A stretch of DNA of 64,000 nucleotides from Octopus vulgaris (taxonomy: Eukaryota): positions 24,552,001 to 24,616,000 of the forward strand of contig OX597837.1 in assembly GCA_951406725.2 (NCBI GenBank), in the 5' to 3' direction. The notes beneath the pieces were generated by a model. The model did not search any database. It was not told where the DNA came from and worked only from the letters and a program-made list of their open reading frames with translations. Of this stretch, positions 13,045 to 25,275 are shown in pieces. The position numbers were made by a program, and so were the translations under genes. How positions within the stretch are numbered: the first letter of the stretch is position 1; the number at the start of each line of letters is the position of its first letter.

Positions 13045-13985
13045 GAATATAATCAAAATTGCAATCAAGTGACTCAGTGATTGTAATTCTATATCCACTG
13101 CCAATATTTTGCTGTGACTAAGCAAAATAATTGTTTTTAGTTAGATACATATTCTCTAAGATTAGGCTAATGGAAATAAGTTTTATAACCTGGCATAATT
13201 TTCATCATTACTCTAGTTCTGTAATTGTTGAACTTTCAAATCTAGTTCCACAAGAACCAGTGTTTTCTCTCTAAACATCAAACAGGTCTTTACGGTTCTA
13301 TTGTGAATTCTATACTAACAATTGTTACTTTTAAACTTTAGCAGCAGATTTTCTATTGGGTTTTCCATAAGTACTGTCGCCGTCATCATTAACAACAACA
13401 ATAACATTTAACATGCATTTTCCATACTGGCATAGGTTGGATGGCTTGACAGAAACTGGCATGGTCAGGGACTGCACCAGGTTTCATAGTCTGTTTTGGC
13501 TTGGTTTTTTATGGATGGATGCCCTTCCTAACGCCAACCACTTTATACAGCGTACTGGTTGCTTTTTATGTAGCACCATCATCAGTACATTCTATGTGGC
13601 ACCAGCACTAGTGCATTTTATACGGCACATTGGTTTTAGGATCTAAATTCTGCAGTGGTGGACAGGTTTCCTTGAGTACAGCAGTGCACCACATATTTCA
13701 GTCCTCTGTCATCTCCCTTGTAAGGTTCAGTGTTTTGAGACTGGCCTCCAAAGCAACTATTTACATATAGCAAGAGTATTCGATTTGTGAGAACCTAGAT
13801 AACCAATTATATGTCACACAACTGGGGAAAGTGGACACTGTTTCTCTGGAGGTGTATAGGATACACTGCTTGTTATCAACAAAGAAAACTTTTTCTCTTT
13901 TTTTTTTAAACAATCCCGCAAAGGAACCCCCTTCATATGTCAAATTACTACACAAAGCCTCTTGGCTGTAAAAATAACTGCTCAC

Positions 13986-14092
13986 CTGGAAACAGGTTGA
14001 TTCTTCAAGACAACTTTGAGAAGATTTGAGCTAGCATAATAGATCATTCTCAACAATGTTTGTAGACATTTATGTCTCACAGTAGGTCCAGC
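13986..14092 (-). CDS. TRIP12: TRIP12 coding exon 17 ([20 protein letters not shown]...NQPVS)
   Basis: 107 nt, phase 0-2. Confidence 0.96.
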
Positions 14093-14385
14093 CTGCAAAA
14101 ATAAATTAAAAATAAAATTTAAAAAAAACCATTATGAAAAGTTAATTTATTTTCAAACACCACTTTTTATAATTAATGATTCAAAGAAAACTTTTACATC
14201 CCTGCATGCATACATGTTTGGAGAGAGAAAATAGCCAGGACAACAGAACACTAGATTAGATACCAAGTTGATACCTTGCTAGTGTTTTAAAAACTGACAT
14301 TTTTGGAGAACATTATAAAAATCCAAAATAATAGTAAAATAATAATAAATCTCTGAACGAGGTATAAACAGTAACTGCATGACAA

Positions 14386-14577
14386 TGTGAGGTATATTTG
14401 CCATCTCAATATGGCTAACAACTAAGGGAGGGAAGGATGACCTCCCTTTGCAAATACCGATAGGGCACAGAATGTGTGCCTATAGCCAGCTGGAGGAGAT
14501 GTTCTCCTGGGGCTACAAGCTACAGTAACACCCATCCTTAGTGGTTAGCCATATTGAGATGGCAAATATACCTCACA
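14386..14577. mobile_element. Hairpin MITE with ~45-bp terminal inverted repeats
   Basis: tgtgaggtatatttgccatctcaatatggctaacaactaaggga ... tccttagtggttagccatattgagatggcaaatatacctcaca. Confidence 0.8.
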
Positions 14578-14590
14578 AATAGTAAAATAA

Positions 14591-15098
14591 TCTCTCTCTA
14601 TATATAAACGGAAGTTTGTCTGTCTGTGTGTCTGTCAGGTTGTACCCTCACCCTGACCACAGCTTTCAACCGATTCTGATGAAACTTGACACACACATAG
14701 CCCAATGTCATAATTCAAAACTAACGCAGCGAAAATTTTGAAAAGTTCCCCCAGTTCTGAAAGAAAGCGATAAATTCGACATGGGGTCGAGAATCTAAGC
14801 TTTTTTTTTGCAACACATTTTGTGTTATAGTTTTAGCAACTTGCAATCGATTTTCACCAAACTCATGGTGAAGGTTAATGTTACCCTAAGAAACTTAATT
14901 CTGACGTTAGTTTTCCATGCAATACCTTACCATCAGAAAAAAATTGATAAAATCATGCCATTTTGGGAAATCGTGTTCAAATTCAAGATGACATATTTTC
15001 GACAATATCTTTCACAAATTGGCAGGAATTTTTTTTTAATTCACAGCGAGCATTATGTATGCTCCAGGGGCTCTTACATACCCGGGCTATGCTGCTAG
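14591..15098 (+). mobile_element. Non-autonomous Helitron
   Basis: A|TC 5' end (tctctctctatatataaa), gtct repeat, 3' cccggg...CTAG|T, no TSD. Confidence 0.8.
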
Positions 15099-15214
15099 TT
15101 ATTACTAAAGTAAGTGGAATGCAACAGCTAGCTCAATGAACAACAGTACTTGACATTGTACCCATTTTAGCCACCATAGGAGCAGAATACAGATGTAAAA
15201 TAACTTCACTAAAT

Positions 15215-15630
15215 ATTGGTTTCTAATTTTGGCATGTGGTCAGCAATTTCAGGGATGGGTTAAGTCGATGTTGATCCCAGTGCTCAACCTGTACTTATTT
15301 TATTGACCCCAAAGTATGAAAGGCAAAGTTGACCTTGGTGGAAGTTGAACTGAGAACATAAACATGAATGAAATGCTGCTAAGCATTTTACCCACCACAG
15401 TAACGATTCTACTAGCTTACTGCCTTATATAATAATAATTTCAAATTTTGGCACAAGGGATAAGTTGATTACATAAACCCCAGTGCTCAACAGGTACTTA
15501 TTTTATCAACCCCAAAAAGATGAAAGGCAAAGTCAACCTTGGCAGAATTTGAACTCAGAATGTAAAGACATGAAATGCCACTAAGCATTTTACCTGGCAT
15601 TCTAACAATTCTGCCTGCTTACCACCTTAA
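15215..15630 (-). mobile_element. Two tandem degenerate copies of the 58050-type SINE
   Basis: tgaaaggcaaagt(t/c)..ccttgg..gaa.ttgaact.agaa core occurs twice. Confidence 0.75.
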
Positions 15631-15639
15631 TAATTAGTT

Positions 15640-16065
15640 CATTGTTCAATGGAACTAACAAGTAGTATAAGCATCACCATGAGGCTGTAACTGAGGCAGA
15701 ATATGTAATCTCTCTTGTGACTTTCCAGTATACACAGACAGAACTTCAAAGCTAATAAACCAGATGTTGTTGTGAAAGACCAAAGCAATAATGTTTGTTA
15801 ATTGATCGACATGAGTATTCCTTGTGATCATAATACCTCAGCAAAAGCATTTGACAAGTTCAGAAAATATAACAATTTGCTCATTGAAATTGAGAAAATG
15901 TGGCATCTCAAGGTGGTTACAATACTAGTGATGAGAGGGAACACTTGGAATGATCAAAAGAACTTAAAATTATTCAAGAATGATCCCTGATTTACCAGCT
16001 CTACAAGAAGTGCAGAAGATTGCTTTAACTGATATGTCACACATATTAAGAGCATTGACACTGTG
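15640..16065 (+). mobile_element. 3' fragment of an R4/Dong-clade non-LTR retrotransposon (restriction-like endonuclease)
   Basis: ANKPDVVVKDQSNNVCLLIDMSIPCDHN...K..KY..L.IEIEKMWHLK matches the PD-(D/E)xK RLE domain pattern. Confidence 0.8.
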
Positions 16066-16271
16066 AAGACAATTACAACCCATATAAATGGTTTTTTCTG
16101 TCATTTCTTTCACATAACTTGATTTTTTAAATGAAAAATCTGGTGTGTTTATTTTAATGGCCTATCACTGTACACAGTGAATTTCTTTGCTCTAGGTGTT
16201 GAGAAGACACTTGGCAACAAATGGAAACAATGTTGAAGGAAGAGGGAAAACTTATAACGATGATAATGCTA

Positions 16272-16805
16272 CCCTGAATCAATGCCAGGCAGTGGTACTG
16301 AACTTCTGATCTTAACTGATCGGAAGGGTTATTATGTACATGTTTCGTCTTGGTGTAAAAGATGGGCAGCAACAAATATTCTGCTCAATATCACAGATTT
16401 GCTTGTTAGTTGCTTCACCATAACCAGTTGAACATGTCTCTTAGTAGCTGACAATATGTGCATCTCTGACTGGAAACAGGAATAGTGGGAGGGTATCAGC
16501 CATGTGTTGAGATGAATTCTTTGGGAGTTTGAATAATACACCTCTGGAAACATGGATGTTTCAATCATCATCCTTAAACCTTACTGAGGGACTTTTTGAG
16601 CGGGATTGGCCACTTGACCATAAGAAAATTCTAACTGGATGCCACCTGCAAGATCATGTGTTGCTTATCTTGATAATAGATCACCATGTTACGCACATAT
16701 ACTTGTGATGCAGGTGCTTGGTGTACCCTTATCAGATGGGTAGTCATGATGGGATTCATTTCTAGCCCAGTATCACTTTGATGGCATGCACCGCTCTCTC
16801 ACTCA
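16272..16805. repeat. Probable interspersed repeat abutting an (AAC/AAT)n microsatellite ~40 bp from the exon 16 donor
   Basis: GC-richer block bounded by AAT-type repeats; resembles a common Octopus repeat (recalled); class unresolved. Confidence 0.45.
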
Positions 16806-16843
16806 ATAACAATAACAACAACAACAACAACAATAATAATTAC

Positions 16844-16989
16844 CGATGAACTATATACTTCATATAAAACTGCAAAGAGAGTTTGAATAAATGCAGAGGC
16901 AAGATCTATATCTTCTTTTAATATTTCCTCTCTGGAATCACATTGTTCAACATTTGGATCAGATGAGGAAGAAGAGGAAGAGGAGGAAG
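16844..16989 (-). CDS. TRIP12: TRIP12 coding exon 16 (poly-Ser...FIQTLFAVLYEVYSSS)
   Basis: 146 nt, phase 1-0, conserved LYEVYSSS. Confidence 0.95.
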
Positions 16990-17096
16990 CTGAAATAAAG
17001 CCAAAGTTATTGTTACAGTAATTCCAGTTACATGATGAGAAAATAAAGTTTATATTACAATAAAGGAGATAAGACAATGTACATCATCAAAAATAT

Positions 17097-17286
17097 ATAA
17101 CCCTTCAGCATTCAGACTGTTTTGAATTAATCATGCACTATCTCATAGCTTCAAAATTTTGATGATGTGATTGTATATGTTTTCAGAATGACATTGTAAG
17201 GTAGGTGTAAGAGGCCAGATCTGGCCAGTTTAAACATAAGTAGAATATTTGGACCAGATATGGTGGTTTGAATGCTAAAGAGTTAA
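17097..17286. mobile_element. piggyBac-type MITE (second family)
   Basis: TAA|CCCTTCAGCATTC...GAATGCTAAAGAG|TTAA; homologous, inverted, to 54266-54472. Confidence 0.75.
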
Positions 17287-18254
17287 AGCTACTCTGACCA
17301 GCTGAAACAGTTTTCATTGATTCTTCTAATAATGTGGGAGAAGCTAATCTCCAAATGTGATGATGGCCAAACACCATGAGGTGGAAGTTAATCTTACAAC
17401 CAAATCAAGGTAAACTATTGGCTTTTCCATTGCTGGTACTCTGTTGCTGATAGAAAGTGTTACCATTCATTTTTTTTTACCAGTGTTAAGCGGCAGGATT
17501 TGAATTCAGAACATAATCAGAACAGATACAACAAAGCATCCAGTTCAGTCAAACACTTCTAGTAATCCGCTGCCAGGACAACTTAAACAATTCTGAAAAG
17601 ATGAAAAGCAAAGCTGACTTTGCCAGGAATTGAATTCAGAATGCTGTAAGTTGGAACATAACAAATACTGCAGGCATTCTGACACTCCAATGACTCTGCT
17701 AAACAGAAATCAATCAAACCAATATTCACACCTTTGTCTAAAGACAGGTCAGGGTTAAGTGAAAGCTGCATTATCATCATTTAATGTCCGTTTTCCATGC
17801 TGGTATGGGTTGGATGGTTTGACAGGAACTAGTAAGGCCAGGGGTGACACCAAGTTCCATTGTCTGTTTCGGCTTGGTTTCTACAACTGGATGTCCTTCA
17901 TAATGCCAACCAGTTTACAGAGTGTACCAGGTGCTTTTTATGTGGTACCAGCACCCACACCAATGCTTTTTATGTGGCACAAACATTTACGCTGATTTCC
18001 AATCAACAGTTATCTTATTCCTACATAATGCTAGACTAAATTCAAACCTGGGACATAAGTTTCTAAATTAAATTATGCTTTTTATCCAACAGGCAAACTG
18101 ACAGTTAATCCAGTTATCATTTGACACACAATTACAGACATCAACAAACTGAGACATATTCACATATACACAGCAAAACTCAACACTTCAATTTCATAGT
18201 CAAGAATGACCAGCTGTCCTTCCTCTAACCAAATAATAAATATTAAATACTTAC

Positions 18255-18417
18255 AAGCAGAGTGAATACAACTAGCAACCAATGAATTAACTTTTCTCTG
18301 AACTGGCCGTGCTGTGCCAGTATCTTCGTTGATTTGTTGCATGGAGTTAAAGTCAATTGTATAAGCTCTTCCCATTGTAGACAGGCTTACTTCATCTTCA
18401 CCTGATTGATGAGCTGC
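18255..18417 (-). CDS. TRIP12: TRIP12 coding exon 15, WWE domain C-part (AAHQSGEDEVSLSTMGRAYTIDFNSMQQINEDTGTARPVQR)
   Basis: 163 nt, phase 0-1, YTIDFxxMxQxNxxTGxxRxVxR WWE consensus. Confidence 0.97.
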
Positions 18418-18516
18418 CTACAAATAAAACAGCCAAAGTCATTAAATGTTTCATTCCTTTATAGTGATTTTAATTATCAAAATATTAAAACCTATTTTTA
18501 ATTGCCGAATACTTAC

Positions 18517-18673
18517 CTCAATGATTCTGCTATCAATCAATGCATAGGGATGCCACATTCCACGATCATCTCTCCATTGCCAAATAACAGCATCACCACT
18601 GACAGACGATCCCTTCTTTAACATAGAATCAATTGAAAATATGCCATCTGATGGCAATTTCGGCATTAATTCA
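18517..18673 (-). CDS. TRIP12: TRIP12 coding exon 14, WWE domain N-part (ELMPKLP...[13 protein letters not shown]...IIE)
   Basis: 157 nt, phase 2-0, WWE signature residues. Confidence 0.97.
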
Positions 18674-18784
18674 CTGAAAGAGAATCAAGGTATTTTAAAA
18701 TTAGATTTGAGTGGTGGAAGTTACAGAAATTTATTTTGTATCTCAAAATTTGAAACAATCACAAGAATAAAGAGAGAAACCTAC

Positions 18785-18834
18785 CCAATTAAACAAACAA
18801 TTTCATACAATTCTTGAGGTGTCCTGGAAATCAG
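18785..18834 (-). CDS. TRIP12: TRIP12 coding exon 13 (LISRTPQELYEIVCLIG)
   Basis: 50 nt, phase 0-2, conserved PQELYE. Confidence 0.94.
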
Positions 18835-19052
18835 CTGGAATAAAAAAAAAAACAATAACCTTAAACACATGAATAAAAACAATGCAAGCATGTCACCTGC
18901 ACAGATTCAAGTTAACATACCCCAATATATAAATCATAATGTGATGTTTTTAATTTGAATAATCCTGGAAACATTTTCTTTTACAAGAATCAACAATGAA
19001 AGCCAGTAAAATATCCTATCTCATTTCAATAGCAGTTATTGTTTCGGTGCTA

Positions 19053-19390
19053 TTTTATTTGTTTCAATCCTTAGACTGTGGCCATGCTGGGGCACCACCT
19101 AGAATTTTCAGTCAAATGAAACTTATTCTATTGGTCTCTTTTACTGAACAGTTGAGTTACAGGGACGTGAACACACCAGCGCTGGTTGTCAAGCAATGTT
19201 GGTGGTGGTGGGGGGACAAACACAGATACAGCTTATATATATATATATCGGACTTCTTTCAGTTTCTGTCTATCAAATCCACTCATAAGGTTTGGTCAGC
19301 CCAAAGCTATAGTAGAAGACACTCGCCCAAGGTGTCATGCAATGGGACTAAACCTGGAAGCAAGCTTCTTACCACAAGGCTCTGCACATA
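19053..19390 (-). mobile_element. Degenerate copy of the 46039-type tRNA SINE
   Basis: Collinear similarity with 46039-46452. Confidence 0.8.
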
Positions 19391-19801
19391 GAATTCCCTC
19401 TAGGTATCCCATCATGCACTATTAGACACATTTATAGGTATGATGTAACTAAATCTAAGTGTTTCTTTCACAACTTTCTTTGGTCTAAATCTACTGTAGA
19501 TTTACTTGCCTATGTAGTTATCAGCCAATGTTATTACTATGAACCTTGTTAGTCCACTTGCTTTAATGACAAATCATTTGAAAATAAGTATTACTCAAAT
19601 GTTATGTTCTTAACTCGTCTGACAAACAGAGTCAACCACATGAATAAAAATAAAGGGAATTGATTTCATACAATCCATGCTGAATGCTTATCAGTTCCAT
19701 TAAACAATGGGCTGGTTGAGAACATAAATACCAAAAGTTCTATTTCGCCAAACACTAAATCAATTTGCTAGATACCATTGAAGATATGATTTACTTCTTA
19801 C

Positions 19802-19866
19802 CTCAATACTTTGAGAAGCTTGGTCTGAGGAACCAACCAGCAAATAACACAGTGTTTCAGCTATTT
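19802..19866 (-). CDS. TRIP12: TRIP12 coding exon 12 (IAETLCYLLVGSSDQASQSIE)
   Basis: 65 nt, phase 1-0. Confidence 0.94.
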
Positions 19867-20420
19867 CTGAAAAGAAAATATTTCACACCAGTTAACAAGA
19901 GCAGAAAACAAGTTCATACAATTCAGATAGAACAGTAATAAATAAATCAATAAATATATCCTAACAGCAGAATCTCTTTGACAAGTGATCTGAAACTACA
20001 CTTATAAATGCAATGGTACACTGCATACAAGTCAATGTTGTATTATATTAAAGATATCTCAAAGTAAAAAAGACATCCATTTCAGCATAATGTAATATTA
20101 ATGATATCCTATGAGAAAGTAATAGGATAGCAAAAATATTCTATAGTCAACACTGCATATATAAGAAATGATACCAGATATATCATGTAAAAAATATTGT
20201 TCAATCACAATTTAATAAAATGCAAAATTTAACAAATTTTATTTATGCTTTTTAAATACTTTTTCTCATGGGTCTGCTAAACTTAACAATCCTGAAATAA
20301 TTTTAGATTCAAATGATCTATATAATAACAACTCTGTTTCTACATATGCTGAGTTTCACTATAAAGCAGAATCATGGTCTGTACATGTTCAGTGACTTAT
20401 AAGCAAAGACGACAACTTAC

Positions 20421-20532
20421 TCTGTTTTAATAAGACAACAGCCAAATCAGGACAGCTCCCACACATAAGCGCCAGCATTCGTATTACCATCACAAATGTT
20501 CCTGTGTTTATTATAGGAGGACTCACAACCAG
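20421..20532 (-). CDS. TRIP12: TRIP12 coding exon 11 ([19 protein letters not shown]...LLKQ)
   Basis: 112 nt, phase 0-1. Confidence 0.95.
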
Positions 20533-20849
20533 CTGGAATGAAAATATACCATTTAATGCTGACCTTGAAAATGTCATTAAAATTCATCAAGTCAAAAGTT
20601 TATAAAAAAAACAAACATTAAATTAAAAGTATTTATTTCCTATGTAGGGTCAAGCACTTCAGTTCTATATGACATTGTGTTTATGTTTACCAAACAAATT
20701 TAGAGAAGGAACTGCCAGGACATCAATTAAGCGTTTAAAACCAGATTGTGGATTTGGCAAACTGAATCTCATTACATTAAGATGCTTGTTCATTAAAAAA
20801 CGATTTTCCAAAATATACAACAATTAACAAAGCCAACATCATTTCCACT

Positions 20850-21075
20850 TTAACCCTTTTGTTACCAACCCAGCTGAAACTGGCTTTGACTAAGTACAAA
20901 TGTCTTGTTTTCATAAGTTTTGAATTAAAATCTTCCACTAAACCTTAGTCACAATTTATGTTCCTAACACTAGCTTAATGATAACTAAGTTAGTTTACTA
21001 AATTCTTTGTTATATTTAAAGTAATTGAAAGAAACACAGAGCATCTCAAAATGAATACAGTAACGAAAAGGTTAA
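20850..21075. mobile_element. piggyBac-type MITE
   Basis: TTAA|CCCTTTTGTTAC...GTAACGAAAAGG|TTAA; close reverse complement of 59030-59257. Confidence 0.85.
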
Positions 21076-21620
21076 TAACAATACTTTGCCATTACTCCTC
21101 AATAATATGGTGAGATGACAACTTAAATATCTCATTTGAGCAGAAAACACATTTTTGTAGAAAACTGCTTTTGATTCTGAAGATTCTGTTACATGAGTCC
21201 ATAATTTGAATGCCTACTTCATTGCTCCACAATTGGAGAGAAATGCTTCGTTAGCTACAAGACAATTGCATTAAGTGTTTATTCTTAAGTTAAAATAGAT
21301 AACAGTCATCCGCTGAGAAACTACTATTAAACATAAAAAGTACAATTCTCTGATTAATTAAATTTCAAGAATTTTACAGTAAATTAAAATTGGATCCACT
21401 CTAATGACAAGTTCTAAGAGTCCTCATCATAACACTAATAAAGAGAAATAAGGAACCTTGACAAGAATACTGATCATGAGTGGTACAGTGGTACCAATAT
21501 TTGAATCACTACACTAAATTAGTATTTTTCCTTTAAATGAATCTGGGTAAAATATGCCTGTTTATGAAACTTGCTGATGAAAAACAGAGAATGCATTTAA
21601 TTACATAAAAAGATACTTAC

Positions 21621-21743
21621 TAGTTGCTGGATATTTGTGAGAAGACCATGAACAGCAATTTCTTTCAAAATCCTTTGATCATGTTGAAAGTTGTCAACAA
21701 GACGAGAGAAGCACAGGCAGCAGCTTTCCACTGATTTCTTGTC
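21621..21743 (-). CDS. TRIP12: TRIP12 coding exon 10 ([22 protein letters not shown]...IQQL)
   Basis: 123 nt, phase 0-0, donor GTAAGT. Confidence 0.96.
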
Positions 21744-22262
21744 CTAAAACAAAATATTGACCATTCTAAGTATTTCAAGTTCGGTATAATCAAACTTAAA
21801 ATACAAAATATTTGTCAAAAATATCACACCCGGAACTAGTTATAATTATTAGCTATATATTGAAAATTGCATTCTGGATGCATCTATATGTATATCATGT
21901 GAATTGACAAGGCTATTGGATGTTATACAGTACTGGTTACAATATGCTTTTAATTCTTTCTTGATCATGCCATTCATTTCCATTTTGCCCCAAACTGCTT
22001 TACTGAACTGTCTGCCCATCATTGTACAGGCCTTTCTAATGGTCTTTCCAATATTTTGAACACTTGGCAACTACACACACAACTTAGTCTTAGGCTTTAT
22101 AACAAACTGCATGAACAACAAAATACATACAATCCAAAGACAAAGCACATGACTGATCAAAGGTGGGAAGCAATGGCACACACCTAATATGTGCCAAGAT
22201 ATGAATGCTGAAATCTTGACTCAAAGAGGGCAGCATGGATGGCATTTACCCCAATCTACACA

Positions 22263-23097
22263 CAGGGTGTCACAAAAGTCACTGATGGGTTTCAATTTTT
22301 AATAACTTCCTTAACTTTACAAATAAATTTATGAAATTTTCACACAATATAAAGAACATAATGGAAATTAATATGCACAAGTCAAATTTTGCAACACTAC
22401 TACATCCCATATGAAAAATGACAGCCATTTTCGGTTTCACGTGCCTGTGCTCTTTCCAAAACTTGCACCGTAACACCCTCAAGAGTTTCAAACTCCACTT
22501 TACTGATTTCTCAATTGACGTTCTCCTTCAGTTGCACCAAGGTCTTCGGTTTGTTGACATAAACCCTCCCTTTCAGGTATCCATGAACGGGACCTTTTTG
22601 CACCCAGCCATTCAAAGTGGACCTCACACATGGCTTCAGCAAGATGGGGCAGCTGCTCATACTGCAAGAGAAACAATGCAGTTGCTATGGCAGTGCTTTG
22701 GAGAGAGAATAATCTCCCAATACGGCTATGTCAACTGTTCTTCACGCTCCCTAAGACTTGACTAGCCCAGATTTTTACTTGTGGAGATATCTGAAAGAGA
22801 GGATTTATGCCAACAAACTGGAGACCCTGATGCAACTGAAGGAGAACATCAATAGAGAAATCAGAGAAGTGGGGTCTGAAGGTGCAAGCTTTGGAAAGAA
22901 TACGGGTGTGCGAAGCCGAAAATGGCTGCCATTTAAGCGATGTCATTTTTCATGTGATGTAGTGGTGTTGCAAAATTTGACTTGTGCATATTAATTTCCA
23001 TTATGTCCTTTATGTTGTATCAAAATTTCATATATTTCTTTGTAAAGTTAAGGAAGTTATTAAAAACAAACCCACCAGTGACGTTTAGGACACCCTG
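22263..23097 (+). mobile_element. Tc1/mariner DD41D (rosa) derivative with ~320-bp inverted arms
   Basis: CAGGGTG...CACCCTG|TA ends; WLQQDGAAAHTA...SLDLTSPDFYLWRYLK gives 41 residues between catalytic Asps after one frameshift correction. Confidence 0.85.
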
Positions 23098-23262
23098 TAC
23101 ATATAATTATATATATATTAGTTGTATTGTGTAAGTGGGGAAAGAATATAATTGTGAATTCAATGACAGAGAATGGTACAGCTAATTAGATCAACCCAGT
23201 AATCAAGTTGTACTTATTTCACCATCCTGGAAGAATAAAAAGCAAAATCAACTCAGAATGTT

Positions 23263-23489
23263 TTAACCCTTTTACTGCAGAAATCAGATATAACCACTCA
23301 AGTTTCACTCTTAACTGCAGAACAGAAAGCAGTTTTATATACCAAGCCATTTGTTGCTAAAGAACATAGTGTTTGAAACTATTTTTGGTTGAAGTATGGC
23401 AAGTTTACCTACCAATTCTATTTTTTGGTAGATATTTAACATCATTATTGGAATAACCAAGAAATTTAATTCCACAGTTAAAGAGTTAA
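23263..23489. mobile_element. piggyBac-type MITE inserted into an older SINE remnant
   Basis: TTAA|CCCTTTTACTG...CAGTTAAAGAG|TTAA. Confidence 0.65.
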
Positions 23490-23750
23490 ACTCAGAGCAT
23501 CAAGGTTTACAACTAAATATTGTAAGCTATTTTGTGGCTATCGCTCTACCAGTTCTGTCGGTTCCCTGCCCTGGAATATATTGATATCCAATACTAAGAC
23601 AATAAAGAGTAAAGTATCTATTCATGACTGTCTGGTGAGTAGATCAGCCTATGTCAGCTTCAAACAATAAAAAAACACAACAGTATAGAGATGGGTATGC
23701 CTAACCTTCACTAGAGCACCAGTAAAGGCCATAAAGGTGAAATTTCTTAC

Positions 23751-23912
23751 TTGGTGATTTACTCTGGCACTAAGTAATGGCAAAGAGTCTCTTATATAAT
23801 GAAATTCATCAGCTGTTAAATTCTGCACACAATTCGCTGTAATTGTTAATGCTGATCGTTGAGCAGAGATGGAGAAGAAATCCAAATACATCAAGCAAGC
23901 TGCAATGCCGCC
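23751..23912 (-). CDS. TRIP12: TRIP12 coding exon 9 ([19 protein letters not shown]...VNHQ)
   Basis: 162 nt, phase 0-0, conserved motif. Confidence 0.96.
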
Positions 23913-24000
23913 CTACAGAAAGAAAAAAAGAAAACATGGAAAATTAGAGAGGTAAATTTCAATATTTTCAGTATACAAGTGGTGGTGGCTATCCCTTGAG

Positions 24001-24004
<4 letters not shown>

Positions 24005-24048
<44 letters not shown>

Positions 24049-24386
24049 AAATATTAGAAAAAAACCACCTTTTATCAATTCAAGATGAATAATTAAATTA
24101 CACCATCTAGAAAATTACATATAATAGAAAAGTTAAAATTAAAATAATTAAAAAGTAAAGATTAAGTAAATTACAAGAATAATGTAATGTATATAATAGG
24201 TAGAAAAACAACACGTGTTTCGCTGCTATATTTCATTTTGAATTGATAAAAGGTGTTTTTTTCTAATATTTTATATATATTATATTGTGTGAATTTGATT
24301 TAGTATTTCTAAATTGAATTCTTTTTCCTTGTAAGTTTGGATTTTATTCCCTCAAATAATAATTATATATATATATATATATATAT
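24005..24386. mobile_element. AT-rich element with internal ~37-bp inverted repeat between (TA)n tracts; Penelope-like
   Basis: taaaatattagaaaaaaaccaccttttatcaattcaa (24047) versus ttgaattgataaaaggtg...ctaatatttta (24238). Confidence 0.5.
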
Positions 24387-25275
24387 TTATAGATTCTGAG
24401 GAGACAACCAAGTCCAATTCTTGTTTGGAAGTTCTTTCCACAAGTGGAACAGATGGTTCCAGAGGGAAGGTCCCTTCTTGGTTGTTCTTGTCCAACTTTT
24501 CTGCATCTCCTCCTTGTTCAATAATTCTGCTGGCCTCAAAAATAGTCAGTCCCTTTTTGGTGATGGATCTCCAACATTCTCAATCCTGAGCATTTCTCTC
24601 CCACTTCTTGGTATCAATATTACATTTCTTGAATATGAGTGGCACAATATTTCCACCATTCTTTCTAGGAAACAGAAAATGGGTACTGGACTGGGGTATT
24701 ATTTATTTTAACTAACCAAGACTAAATAGTGGGGTGCCATAGTGTCAGTAAACTGAATCAAAAACATTCATTCTAGCATTGAGTAAGAACTCAATAATAC
24801 TCCCCACGTTTTGGAGACAAATAGCAATCTTGCTATTTCACATTTCTCTCAAAATATTAGTCGTCAAAAGAAATAATTTATTCTTGATTTAATTCTTATT
24901 AGATCACTTTATGATTGATTATAGTAGTAGACATCTTGTAGAGAGAGGTCTCAACCAGTGCAGACACAAACTGAACATCTAACTTCACAGCTAGGCTGGT
25001 CTTTCATAGAAACGTTTATCATAGAAACAAGGCCACAAATTCAGGGGTAGGGTGTATAGTCAAATTTACTCCACTCTTTGATTGATTCTTATTTAATACC
25101 ATATAGCATTTTGCTTTGATGCTCTACTGATACAAATCCAACATTTTACCAATTCCTGTAATCCTTTGACACAGATCTACAAATTTTGTTTGAAGTTCTA
25201 TCAATCAACCACAATTTTGTTTTTAAAAATAAAATAATGAACAATAATAACATTTTAAGAAAAACTGGTTCTTAC

